A stretch of DNA of 64,000 nt. It comes from Yuukianura sp. NJ FZ-2021 (taxonomy: Eukaryota). Shown here piece by piece: positions 13,667 to 25,662 of the stretch. The stretch spans positions 6,758,001 to 6,822,000 of the forward strand of contig CM102289.1 of assembly GCA_046563655.1 (NCBI GenBank), in the 5' to 3' direction. The translations under genes and the position numbers were made by a program. Position 1 is the first letter of the stretch. Each line of letters opens with the position of its first letter. Below the pieces are notes generated by a model, which worked only from the letters and a program-made list of their open reading frames with translations, was not told where the DNA came from and did not search any database.

Positions 13667-16600
13667 ATGACCACCGTTATTCAAAAGCACAAGGACTCTC
13701 TCATAAGTCTAGGTTAGTGGCACACGTTCTAAAGATTTCTAAACTTTATAAACTTAAACTATTAGCATTATTTCTATATTCGATGAGAAACTTTTTATTG
13801 CCTGTTGCAAACAAATCCTTTAGCCTAATAAAAAAAAAGAAATGAGATTTTGAAAAACCTGTGGGAAATGCAACACTTAAAATTTAAGAGAAAGTTGAAC
13901 CTAATTCACCCTTGAGCTTTGGACTAAACAACTGTAAAAAGTCTGTTACAAATATTTTGTCGGGACATGGCAAGTGTTCAAATTGGCTAAATTAGCTAAA
14001 TTGGTAAGTTTTTTTCTTTGGGTGTAACAAGGCCGTGTCAATCTCTTATAAGCTGGTGAAAATTTGCAATTCAACCTCAATACTAAATATTTTTGTTTCG
14101 GAAATGACTGAATCATGACACTTCTTACAGACAAATTGGACAGTTGCAACTTAAATATTGAAACGCAGCACGCTCTTCAGGGGTTGGATGGAGAAGAGGC
14201 ATACCTCTGGAAAGTTCGAACGACTTCAAGATGGGCCAGAAAGAAGTTCGACATAAACGTTACTGATATGAACATTAACTATTCACCAACTGGAAATTGC
14301 TGTGCTGGAAATGGAACATACACAAGTAAAAATGTATTTTACAATTATTATCGATACCAGTTTTCAGAAACTGCTTAAGTGGTCGGTTTCAAATTTTATC
14401 GGAAACTAATCGTGTAAATAATTTTTTTAAAGTTGCCATTGCTGATATTCAAGAAGTCCGGAGGGGATGGAAAAGTAAAAAATTTAGGAAAATTGAAAAC
14501 CAACAAAGCAAGCCCTCTAACAAACCTGAAATTGAGGAAGGAATGTGTTTTTCGATCATACATGGCGCAAGACGGAATAAAACACTGGATCTTGTAGCCC
14601 AGAGTGTAGCTACAGCCGAAAAATGGGTGAGTGTGTTTGTAAATTGATCAACTCATAGAAGGCAAATCCTAGAAGAACATCGTTTTTACCAATCTCGAAG
14701 TATTTACACCAAAAATATTGAATTTTATAAAGGCAGATGCAATTGAAAAAATTGTAAGCTGGTACCAAATGACGCAACTGGATGCTGGCTATGAGCTTTG
14801 GCTACGACAAAAATTTAACTCTGCCGACGTCAACCATGACAAACGCCTAACTTTAAAAGAGATCAAGCATTTGCTTCATGACCTCAACATTGAAGTAACG
14901 AAAGAAGAAGCCTTCAAGTTATTTACCTCAGCTATACCGAATTCAGGTCAAACCGAGAAAAGCAAATTAACAGTAGAAGCTTTAACTGAAGACGAATTTT
15001 TGGTGCTCTATTTTAAATTAATAGAGAGGCAAGAGGTACTGGAAATCTTTAAAAGGTATGGCACGCCAAAATGCCTTTATGCCTCGTTCAAAGTGGAAAC
15101 CATTGTTTCACTTCAACTAAATCTTTTCCAGTTATATTTCACCGTATGGGGAATTCACGGCAACACAACTTCAAAAGTTTCTTCAAACAGAGCAGGGAAA
15201 AGGCTACGAATCAATTTCAGGAGAGGAATGTTCTAAACTACTGCAAAAGCATGAACAGTCTGATTCAAAACTCAAAGGTCGAATGACGCTAGCTGGATTT
15301 CAAAATTTATTGATGTCTCCTGAATTCGACATTTTTGATTACCAAACGCATGGTACCGTTTACCAAGATATGTCGTACCCATTGTCGCATTACTACATTG
15401 CCTCCTCTCACAACACGTAATAAGCTCACTACAAATGCCATCAGGCGATAATACAATATATCATGTAAATGCTCTAATGCAAGCGCGTATTCTAATATAA
15501 GCGCATACTCTAATGCAAGCGCGGTTTCAGCGGGGGCAAATTGCGATATAAGCGCGGTAGCTAACCTGAGTTTAAAGCAGAGCCTAGAGCAAAGTGACAT
15601 CATCTGTTTAACTTCTATGTTGCTAATTTGACTCAAATCAAAATGTAGCACTTAAATACAAGTTTTAAAAATGGTGTAACTAAAAGACGATCGTTTGATC
15701 TCAGTTTTAAGTTAAAAGTGGTTCAGTATGCTTCTACTAATACCACGCATGGTACCGCAGCTCACTTCGGAATACACCGAAAACAAGTCGGTTGGCTGAA
15801 GCAAAAGGATAAAATCGGTAAAAATTTAACTAATTTTAGCTTTCGACTCGGGAAACCAATTTTCTAAAGAAGCAGAAAAATGGTTTACGATTGGATTTTA
15901 AATCAGCGCACCAACCAGCAAAGTGTCTCCTTCAAATCTATTCGTGTAAAAGCTAGGGAAGTCTACTCTGCAGTGCTTCAAACAAACGAATTTCAGGCTA
16001 GCAGTGGTTGGCTACAAAAATTTATGAAGCGCCATGACCTCAGTTTGAGAAAGAAAACGTCATTGGCTCAAAAAGATCCAAATTCGTTATTAGAGAGGTC
16101 CAGATTTACTGATTCTGATTCTAAAAGCTGATTCTAGGCCTAATAGGGGCGGTTACAATATTTTTTAGAATCAATTTCTCCCCTTCTAAAAACATAACTC
16201 CGAACCTGATTCTGATTGTGCCTTACTTAAACACATTCAAATTTTGAATTTCCCGGGGTGAACTACAGTCAGAATCAGAAAAAACTGGAACTCAGCACCA
16301 TTTTACTCTGATTCTGATTCTACTAGAGTCAGAATCAGTTTGAAATCTGGACCTCTCTATTGAGAAGCTTGTTGAGTTCGCCATGTACACTTCCAACCTC
16401 GCTGTTACGAATAAAATTTCCAACCCAAATATTATTGCCATGACTGGAATATTTTTTCACATGCCAAGTATTACTACAGTGGGCACAGTTGGAGGAGGCT
16501 TGAAGAAAGCAACAGTGACACCAGCGACGAATGGGATCACTATTAATTGAATTTTGGCTCACTTAAAACTTATTAATTATTCCGGTAAAAAATAGTGTTC

Positions 16601-18514
16601 TAATAGAGGCGCGTCCGAAAGGTCGAAAATTCTTATAAGCGGCGCGCTTATATTGGAGCATTTACGGTAGATTATATTACGTTATGCTTTGTGTAAGGCC
16701 AATTGAAAACTTCAGCCAAAATATTCGAATACCAATAACTTGAACTTTTTTGAATTCAGGTATATCGTGGGAAATCAATTTTCTGGAAAATCAAGTGTAG
16801 AAGCTTACATCGATTCCTTGAAACGCGGGTGCAAATGCGTAGAAAGTAAGCGTATTTTGTGTGTGTTAGGTTATAAATAAGTTATTAATAAGCTAAATAA
16901 GTTATCTTTTAATAACGTTTCTTGTACAATTCTTTTTTTCATTTTAATTTAATTTAATGTCTTAACGTTTTCCCTGTAGAGCCAACCACTCTATTTCTTA
17001 TTTGTATATTTTTAATGTTTTATTTATTTATTTATTTTTTGTATGCAGTTGACCTTTGGGATGGAGAAGATGGAGAACCTATAATTTGGCACGGCCACAC
17101 CCTGGTTACCAAAATTCCGTTCCGAGTGGTCCTAGAACATGCAATCAAACCGTTTGCGTTTGTGGTGTCTAATTTCCCGCTAATTCTGTCTCTGGAAATA
17201 CATTGTTCTAGTTCTGTACGAGCCAAGATCTCATCCTATCTGAAAGAAATTCTGGGAAACGTTTTATATACCGTTGAATCCATGAAATCAACAGAGTCAT
17301 TACCTTCGCCAATGGAGTTACAAGGCAAAGTTTTAGTCAAGGCTAAATCAGTGTTCAAGGATAAGAACGGGAGGAAATCATCTACGGCACCAGATTCACC
17401 TCCATTACCTATTTTACTTCAAGCCAGAAAATTTACTACGTTCGAAGACTCCGGAGAGTGCTACGAGATGAGCTCATTTAGTGAAGCTAAGGCCATGAAG
17501 TATTTAAAGGAACGCCCTGTTGAATTCGTAAATTACAACAAGAAGCATCTTTCACGAATTTATCCCGCAGCAACACGCACTACGTCATCCAATTTCATGC
17601 CAACAACATTTTGGCGCTTAGGGTGTCAGATTGGTAAATCTTTTCCACTCATGAAAAGTTAAATCTTGTAAAGTTATAAATTAATTCTCAATTGATTTTG
17701 AATTTTCAGTGGCTTTGAATTATCAGACAAGAGATACTCCCAATATGATTAATGATGCCATGTTCCGTCAAAACGGTGGTTGCGGCTACGTGCTGAAGCC
17801 TGAGTTTCTTAGGGCGGCAAGCTTCGAGAGCGCTTTGTTTAAAAATGCATGCATATTAAAAATACGTATTATCAGTGGGCAGCATCTTCCAAAGGCCGAA
17901 AACGAGTCTGAAGTCGTGGATCCTTATGTCGAGTTTTATGTACGAAAATATTCTTTTGTAATATGAATTGAAATATATGTACTGCATTACATATTATTTT
18001 AACATGTTGGATAGGTTATTGGAGGCGGAAATGAAGACGAATCCCGTGAAAAATTTACAACAAGAAGAATTCAAAACAACGGTTTCAACCCAATATGGAA
18101 TGAGACTTTTGAAATGGCCATAGATTGTCCAGAACTTGCATTTCTCTTTTTCCGGGTACGAGATTATGCACAAAGTGGTTCAGATGTTGCATTGGCCTAT
18201 TATGCTGCGCCATTCACTGCGATAACAACCGGTATGAAGTCAATATTTGCTCTACCAATAGTTTCCATGTTGTTGGCGTCAAAAATGGATTTTATGTGAA
18301 ATTATAAGATTTAGAACAAGCCAAGAGAGTGGTATAGATTGGAGGCATTTATTTTGGAAAACGCTAGAAAAACAAATAGTATTTGAGTGATGTAGTGCAT
18401 AATTTACCGTGAAATTTTGTTTTAGGCTATCGTCATATCCGCCTGGAAAATATTGACGGAGAGATCATTACCCCGGCGTCTTTATTTGTACACATCGAGA
18501 TTAAGCGAGACTAA
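13667..18514 (+). CDS. Phosphoinositide phospholipase C, delta-like architecture (PH, EF-hand, X, Y, C2), multi-exon; start codon tentative
   Basis: PH-like exons, EF hand [14 protein letters not shown] box [71 protein letters not shown] box [38 protein letters not shown]2 [22 protein letters not shown], and the end [22 protein letters not shown]. Confidence 0.92.
15459..16669 (+). mobile_element. Decayed, internally deleted pogo/Tigger-type (Tc1/mariner superfamily) DNA transposon in a PLC intron
   Basis: Imperfect TIRs: gtaaatgctctaatgcaagcgcg on the left and gcgcgcttatattggagcatttacggta on the right. Transposase remnants are a Brinker-like HTH ([17 protein letters not shown]), a CENP-B HTH ([27 protein letters not shown]) and IEKLVEF..NIIAM, with frameshifts and the DDE core missing. 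Confidence 0.85.
16092..16358. mobile_element. MITE, 267 bp, nested in the pogo remnant; 3-bp TSD suggests PIF/Harbinger type
   Basis: Perfect 16-bp TIRs agagaggtccagattt (16092-16107) and aaatctggacctctct (16343-16358), ATT duplicated on both sides, and internal ctgattctgatt repeats. Confidence 0.88.
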
Positions 18515-18732
18515 AAGCTAACTGCCATGTACCTGTTTGACACTCGTTACTATAAGCCAATCAAAATTTTGAATTGCATAAAATCTGTGTTCTGACAATT
18601 AAACTTTATTCTCCATTTTTCGAAATTTGTATTTATAACTGAAAGGAGTGATTAAAATTTTGACGTACATTCATAAAGTTTAAGCTTTCGAGAAACAAGT
18701 TCCATTTTAGAGGAGGAGCCAATTATCGTTAA

Positions 18733-18917
18733 ATGTTTTACAATAAAATTACATCCTGCCTAGAGTTTATAATATAAAACGGTTTTATTCCACAATGTTC
18801 AGCTCGTTGTCCAATTATCATTTCTTGTAGAAGAAAACTTCCTGAAGTTAGTCTTTCGCTTCCTATTGTGGTTGCTTATGGTTTTCCAGAACATGAACAA
18901 TGCATACTTCAATGTAA
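18733..18917 (+). repeat. Right copy of the diverged direct repeat (uninterrupted, 'empty-site' version)
   Basis: Matches 11613-11700 joined to about 12979-13060 (tcctattgtg..ttttccagaaca..acaatg..tacttc..tgtaa). Confidence 0.8.
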
Positions 18918-19041
18918 ACGATTTCAGGAAGTAGGTTGCCAAATTTAATACCTTAACCTAACTAAAAGCAAATCTTGCTACTAACATTTTTTTTAATTAC
19001 ATTCATTTTTAAAATCAGTCCAATCTGCGTTGACCACCAAA

Positions 19042-19857
19042 ATGCTGTCTTTCCGTCACGTACTTTTGATTATTGCAACAATTTCCTTAACCTTCCATTT
19101 TCAAAAAGTACTAGGAAACTTTGAACATTTAAATCAAACTAAGCTGTTATTCTCATTGTTGGTTTACTTTTGATTTGGAATTTCATTTTCCAAAGGTTGA
19201 AGGCGCCGTTCGATTCTGCACTACGTCTGAAATGTGCCAAAAAGTCCGCGCAAATGACTACGATGCAGGAATCTTTAATGCCTGTAGAAGGTCCGTTGTA
19301 GACGATCAGACTTCCCTGACTGTTTGTGGAATTGTTTATGTTGATGTGAGTTAACATCAATTTAACACATGACAAAGTAACTTTTAACAAATTCTTAAAT
19401 CACTTTATACGAGCGTATCTAATGTGTAAAGTTTGCTGTAAACATTTTTTGGGTATGTTTGTGTGAATTCAATCGCCAAAATTGCTCTCGCCACAATGTA
19501 TTTTCTAAAGCACAGGCTACTTTAATTCAATTTTAATTCAGAAAAAAAATTCAGTTGTATTGTATTGCTTTTTTTCATTTGCTGTTTTAACAGAATCCGG
19601 ATATTAATGAGGCCTCTACAATACAAAATCCAAATAAAGAAATATGTACTCGCGTGCAAACGCATCATGCGCTGCGTAAGGCTTGCAGCGATTACGTCAA
19701 GAGCTACAGTCCTTACTACAATGAATCCAGAGGAAGATTCTACAAGCACCGCTACACCTCGTTTAGAACCTACACTTGCGAATTTGAAGGTCAAACTTTA
19801 CTGTTTTGCAGCGTCCAAGCTGTCAAAGACGTACTTGACCCATCAAAACGGAGCTAA
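19042..19857 (+). CDS. Small secreted cysteine-rich protein, paralog A (exons 19042-19107, 19196-19345, 19594-19857)
   Basis: Signal-peptide exon MLSFRHVLLIIATISLTFHFQK, exon 2 with 4 Cys (RFCTTSEMCQK..NACRR..TVCGIVYVD) and exon 3 NPDIN..ICTR..ACSD..YTCE..LLFCSVQAV. Both introns are phase-0 GT-AG, and the layout matches paralogs B and C. Confidence 0.8.
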
Positions 19858-20409
19858 GTTACCCAGAATTAACCTTTGGCTGAATAAAACTTAAAAAATG
19901 AAATCCAAAATCCAAATCAAATAGGAATTTAAAATATTATTCGAAAAAAAATACAAAATTGAAATTGGCTTCACTGAGATTGCCAAATACAAAAATATGT
20001 TATTTGGATTTATAATAAAAGTTATTTATTTACTAGTTTTTAGATTTAAGTTTGGATTCTTATCTTTCGTTCAAGTATTTGAGAATGCTGTTTTTTTTTA
20101 TTATGTGACAGCCTTTAGAATTCGAGGGTAGTATTTCCATTATGTCCTTTGAATTCACAAAAAGTTGAAAAACAATAGACAAATTGTGCCAGGCGTCTCA
20201 AATTTGACATTTAGAGGCTACAGCAGAGGCAACTTGGTCTTATGATATTAATATTCCACAAAATACAGGTCAATTTGGTGTCAATTCCATGACATGAAAA
20301 AATTAAAACTGAAGACCAATATGATATTCTGTTACATAGAAACTTTTAGACACTACCAATTGAGCCGCTCTTTACAACGCCACAATTTTTTTGGGTTCTT
20401 GAACAGAAA

Positions 20410-21086
20410 ATGGCATTTCTAGCGTTTTTGCTCGTGGTTGCTTTTGCGTCCAATATTCACTTCGTATCGGTAAAATAAAACTTACCAGAAAATTAATTTC
20501 TTTTGAAATTCAAAATTATGCAAAATTATGGAAATTGGTGCAATGTTTCTCGTAGAGTGAAATCATCTACTGCAAAACTTCTGCCGATTGCACAGCCATA
20601 CGAGCAACGGATAATCCGAAAGGAATTTACGTTAATTGCCAACCATTCGTAAAATATGTCCCATTAAGCACAAAAGTCTGTTCTGTCGTATATGTCGAAG
20701 TGAGTTCTGTTGCTTTTTTTGGTCAGTTTTTTTTTTTGCTTTTCGCTCTTTCTTCAATCTTAACGTTAATTTAGAATTAACCAAGAACAAATTGAATCAG
20801 CAAACTACGGTTTAAATTATGCCTATTTTGTACTGTTTATTGCTAGAATCCAGATATTAACAGGAACGCAACTGCTGGAAATCCAAAAGAAGGTGTTTGC
20901 AGCGTTCTGACAAGCAACACGTTCAAAAACCTTTGTAGGAATTTCCGAATGACCCACAGTCCATTTGTTGGTACAGAGAATGGAAAGGGATACACGAACT
21001 GCTACACAAGTGCCAAACCTTATGGCTGCACCTCCGTCGGCAGTAAACAACTGCTGTTCTGCAGTGTCCAGGCCGTGGAATGTTGA
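20410..21086 (+). CDS. Small secreted cysteine-rich protein, paralog B (exons 20410-20469, 20556-20699, 20847-21086)
   Basis: MAFLAFLLVVAFASNIHFVS | SEIIYCKTSADCTAIRATDNPKGIYVNCQPFVKYVPLSTKVCSVVYVE | NPDINRNATAGNPKEGVCSVL..LLFCSVQAVEC*; canonical splice sites, open frame. Confidence 0.82.
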
Positions 21087-21376
21087 GCTCATCAACACAT
21101 TTTGAATTTGATAAAGTTCTTAAAATAAGATGATTTGACAATAATTGAACGCAGTAATCATCGTAGTATTATTAAAAAGCTGAATTGAAAGTGATCGAAT
21201 TTTGAATTTCGTAGCTATGCTGCAGTTTACTATAAAAAATCCAAATGCTTTGATTGTATTAAAAACAGGGCCATCTAAATTACAGTCATATTAAAAGTTT
21301 CTGAGTAATCAGCAGTTCTGCCATAAATTGTTTTATTTTAACAATTTGAAAATTCAAATGTAAATAGTAACATTTT

Positions 21377-21760
21377 TTAGTTGATGAATCTCCTGGCTCT
21401 TGTACCGCCGAATGCAATAGCGATTTGATCATTATCGTAGAGCTTTTCAAGTGCTGCTCTCCATTCTGATTTGTCGTAGCCGTAAACAGAAATTTGAGCT
21501 TTTTGACGTTGATGCAAAAATCCTTCGACCAACCATAACACAGCTTCAAATGCTCTTGGCGTTAAAAAATCAAAGAAAAATTGGTTTAGCAAGACTTTTA
21601 ACCTAAAAGTTGCTTAAGTCTACACTCTGCATGAATTTCCTTTACCATTGACAAAAATTACGGAATTTCCAAACTCTGGATAATGTGTGGTAATCAAAGG
21701 AACAATGTCGGACAGTCCTTGTAAACACGGGAGACAAGCATGTTGTCTGGAATTGAATCC
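21377..21760 (-). pseudogene. 5'-truncated duplicate of the last 1.5 exons of the CRAL-TRIO gene at 23606-24824
   Basis: GFNSRQHACLPCLQGLSDIVPLITTHYPEF and PRAFEAVL..FGGTRARRFIN* are cut off at the duplication junction. Confidence 0.8.
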
Positions 21761-21816
21761 ACTTTAACTCAATATTAAATTCATTTATTTCTTTTTTTCA
21801 TTTGTTGTGTTAATAG

Positions 21817-22080
21817 AATCCGGATATTAATGAGGCCTCTACTATGCAAAATCCAAATAAAGAAATATGTACTCGCGTGCAATCGAATCATGCTCTGCGT
21901 AAGGCTTGCAGCGATTACGTCAAAAGCTACAGTCCTTACTACAATGAATCCAGAGGAAGATTTTACAAGCACCGCTACACCTCTTTTAGAACCTACACTT
22001 GCGAATCTGAAGTGCAAACTTTACTGTTTTGCAGCGTCCAAGCTGTCAAAGACGTACTTGACCCATCAAAACGGAGCTAA
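21817..22080 (+). other. Orphan duplicate of paralog A exon 3 (intact acceptor, open frame)
   Basis: taatag|AATCCGGAT..., reading NPDINEASTMQNPNKEICTRVQSNHALRKAC..DPSKRS*. It has no exon 1 or 2 of its own. Confidence 0.8.
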
Positions 22081-22632
22081 GTTACCCAGAATTAACCTTT
22101 GGCTGAATAAAACTTCAAAAATGAAATCCAAAATCCAAATCAAATAGGAATTTAAAATATTATTTGAAAAAAATACAAAATTGAAATTGGCCTTACTGAG
22201 ATTGTCAAATACAAAATATGTTATTTGGATTTATAATAAAAGTTATTTATTTAACTAGTTTTCAGATTGAAGTTTGGATTCTTATCTTTCGTTCAAGTAT
22301 TTGAGAATGCTGTTTTTTTTATTATGTGACAGCCTTTAGAATTCGAGGGTAAGTATTTCCATTATGTCCTTTGATTTTACAAAAAGTTGAAAAACAATAG
22401 AGAAATTGTGCCATTCTTCTCAAATTTGACATCTAGAGGCTACAGCAGAGGCAACTAGGTCTTATGATGTTAATATTCCACAAAATACAGGTCAATCTGG
22501 TGTCAATTCTGTGACATGAAAAAATTAAAACTGAAGACCAATATGATATTCTGCTACATAGAAACTTTTAGTCAGTACCAATTGAGCCGCTCTTTTCAAT
22601 GCCACAATTTTTTTTGGGTTCTTGAACAAAAT

Positions 22633-23314
22633 ATGGCATTTCTAGCGTTTTCGCTCGTGGTTGCTCTTGTGTCAACTTTTTCCAATATTCCTTTCGTATC
22701 GGTAAAATAAATTTACCAGAAAATTAATTTCTTTTGGAATTCAAAATTATTCAAAATTATAGAAATTGGTGCAATATTTCTCGTAGAGTGAAATCATCTA
22801 CTGCAAAACTCCTGCCGATTGCACAGCCATAAGAGCAACGGATAATCCGAAAGGAATTTACGTTAATTGCCATGCATCCGTAAAATATGACCCATTTAGC
22901 ACAAAAGTCTGTTCTGTGGTATACGTCAAAGTGAGTTCTGTTGCTTTTTTTGGTCAGTTTTTTTTGCTTTTCGCTCTTTCTTCAATCTTAACATTAATTT
23001 AGAATTAACCAAGAACAAATTGAATCAGCAAACTACGGTTTAAATTATGCTTATTTTGTACTGTTTATTGCTAGCATCCAGGTATTAACAGGAACGCAAC
23101 TGCTGGAAATCCAAAAGAAGGTATTTGCAGCGTTCTGACAAGCAACCAGTTCAAAGACCGTTGTAAGGATTTCCGAACGACCTACAGTCCATTTGTTGGT
23201 ACAGAGAATGGAAAGGGATACAGGAACTGCTACACAAGTGCCAAAGCTTATGGCTGCACCTCCGTCGGCAGTAAACAACTGCTGTTCTGCAGTGTCCAGG
23301 CCGTGAAATGTTGA
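22633..23314 (+). CDS. Small secreted cysteine-rich protein, paralog C (exons 22633-22701, 22787-22930, 23075-23314)
   Basis: MAFLAFSLVVALVSTFSNIPFVS | SEIIYCKTPADC..NCHASVKYDPFSTKVCSVVYVK | HPGINRNAT..LLFCSVQAVKC*; duplicate of paralog B. Confidence 0.82.
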
Positions 23315-23605
23315 GCTCATATACACATTTTTAATTTGATAAAGTTCTTAAAATAAGATGATTTGACAATAATTGAACGTAGTAATCAACGTAGTATTAT
23401 TAAAAAGCTGAATTGAAAGTGATCGAATTTTGAATTTCGTAGCTATGCTGCAGTTTACTATGAAAAATCCAAATGCTTTGATTGTATTAAAAACAGGGCC
23501 ATCTAAATTACAGTCATATTAAAAGTTTCTGAGTAATCAGCAGTTCTGCCATAAATTGTTTTATTTTAACAATTTGAAAATTCAAAAGTAAATAGTAACT
23601 TTTTT

Positions 23606-24824
23606 TTAGTTGATGAATCTCCTGGCTCTTGTACCGCCAAATGCAACAGCGATTTGATCATTATCGTAGAGCTTTTCAAGTGCTGCTCTCCATTCCGATT
23701 TGTCGTAGCCGTAAACAGAAATTTGAGCTTTTTGACGTTGATGCAAAAATCCTTTGACCAATGATAGCACAGCTTCAAATGCTCTTGGCGCTAAAAAAAT
23801 CAAAACCAAAATTGTTTTTGCAACACTTTAAACGTGAAAGTTTTCTACGGCTACACTCTGCATGAATTTACTTTACCGTTGACAAAAATTACGGAATTTG
23901 CGAACTCTGGATAATGTGTGGTAATCAAAGGAACAATGTCGGATAAGCCTTGTAAACATGGGAGACAAGCATGTTGTCTGGAATTGAATCCACTGAGGTC
24001 AATCAGTATGTTGTACTGCGATACATCTTTTCCAGTAAGTGCTTGACCATACACGCGTTCCGAAATTTTTTCTAAAATGTAAATTTGGTAGCGCCGAAAC
24101 TCGTCAAATCTTCCAGCCAATAGAAATCGTCGGACGTCCCATTTGTTCAAAACGTAGCTAAGAACTGTTTTAGAAAAAGTGTAGTCAATAAAGAACTAAA
24201 ATTAAAATTTTTAAACAGATTTTAGTTTACTTTTTAAGTAGGTCAATTTTTAAATTTTGAATATACTATACCAACCTGGACGTCCCTTCTTATCAACGCC
24301 GTCCACTGTAACAGGAAACTTTTTTTCCATTTCAATCATTTCCTTTTCTTGGAGAATTTCGTCAACTTTGTTTTGCTTTCTCCATTTGAAGTTCTAGTTT
24401 TTAGAAAATACAAATTTTTCGTGCTTTTTTAAATAAAAATTCTTTGAAGAGTTTAGTTTCTAGTAAAAAATAGCTGGATTTGACTAAACAAAAATTAATT
24501 TACCTCTCGAAGTAACTTCACTGTTTCGGAAACATCAAGATTTTTTCTTCTTAAAAAGTGTATCAGGTAGGAGTCCAGTTTTTGGTAGTCGGTGTATAAA
24601 AGTCCATCAACAGATTTTCTAAGCTAAAATTAAAAAAAAATCAATCAAGTAAATACAAAACTTACAATTTTAAAATTTAGTGGTAGAAACAAAATTTCAA
24701 CCTGCTTTAAAGCTTGCGTTTCCTTTGTAGTGTACTGTGTATCAGTGTTTACTCCAAACGCTTCATAAATGTGAGCAAATAAAGCAACTCCAGCTAAAAC
24801 GACGGTAAAATACTTTGCTTGCAT
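23606..24824 (-). CDS. CRAL-TRIO/SEC14-like lipid-binding protein with N-terminal signal peptide (5 exons)
   Basis: MQAKYFTVVLAGVALFAHIYEAFG leader, then DSYLIHFLRRKNLDV, WRKQNKVDEIL, GVDKKGRP, ILIDLSGF, HYPEFANSVIFVN|APRAF and QIAVAFGGT. Confidence 0.88.
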
Positions 24825-25662
24825 TTTGGTTTAATTTGTTTTGTTGCGTCCTTTCGTATCAACTGTTCCTGTTGATTGAATGCAAGCCGATTATAATCGT
24901 CGGCCTTAAATACTAAAAAGTTCGGTCAAATGAAAAGTCAAGATCAATTTCACGTTTAAGTGCATTATTAAAAAAGGTGAAGTTAAAGCAGATTTTACCT
25001 TAATAAACCAAACGATAGCCTTTGACATTGGAGAGATACAACTATGCTTCAAAGATCTCAGCCCCTCGTTTTCAGGATCTACAGGCGAGATGATGTAAGC
25101 GAATTACTAATTTTGCAATTTTTTTTGTTGCAATCATTTTAAGTCAACTCTTGACGTTTTGGCCCCACATCTATTATATGGTTATTAACTTGAAATTTAC
25201 AGGGCTCAACTTTCCCGCAAAAAACATAACCCATAACTGTGCAAAAGAAACAATTTCTCCAGTTTTCCTTATAAACACGTTTGCATCATTGGTTGCAAGG
25301 AGGGGTGAACCAGTTTGACTGCTGATTTGTAAGAAAAAATCGGGAATTCCAGACCTTAATACATCAGCAATTTCAAGGTCACCGACACATTCAGGTTTTT
25401 GAAAATATATTTTATATAGTTTATATACAACAGATTTTCAGTAAATTGTAAAATTATCCATTTGCAGAGCACAAAACCCATTAATTTCAATAAAACATAA
25501 GTTTCTGACGTAGATTAAAAACTTTGACGCAAAAAGGTACATGACATACACTTTTCAAGGATTCACATTTTTTATTGCTCGTCATTTTTTAAATTAATCA
25601 ACTAATTTGTTTCACAAAATTGAATATGCTTCGGTAATATAATTTGTGACGTCGTTGGATGG

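Larger units (their letters stand above)
19519..23994. repeat. Tandem segmental duplication, about 2.24-kb unit (19519-21760 and 21761-23994)
   Basis: Long near-identical coding and non-coding stretches. The junction gaatccACTttaactcaa joins gaatccACTgagg (23985-23998) to ggctACTttaattcaa (19515-19530). Confidence 0.93.

Noticed and set aside
19522..23326. Duplicated ORFs in other frames or strands (19565-19894, 21830-22147, 20823-21098, 23051-23326)
   Set aside because: Shadows of the real exon-3 frames; their conservation is explained by the duplication.
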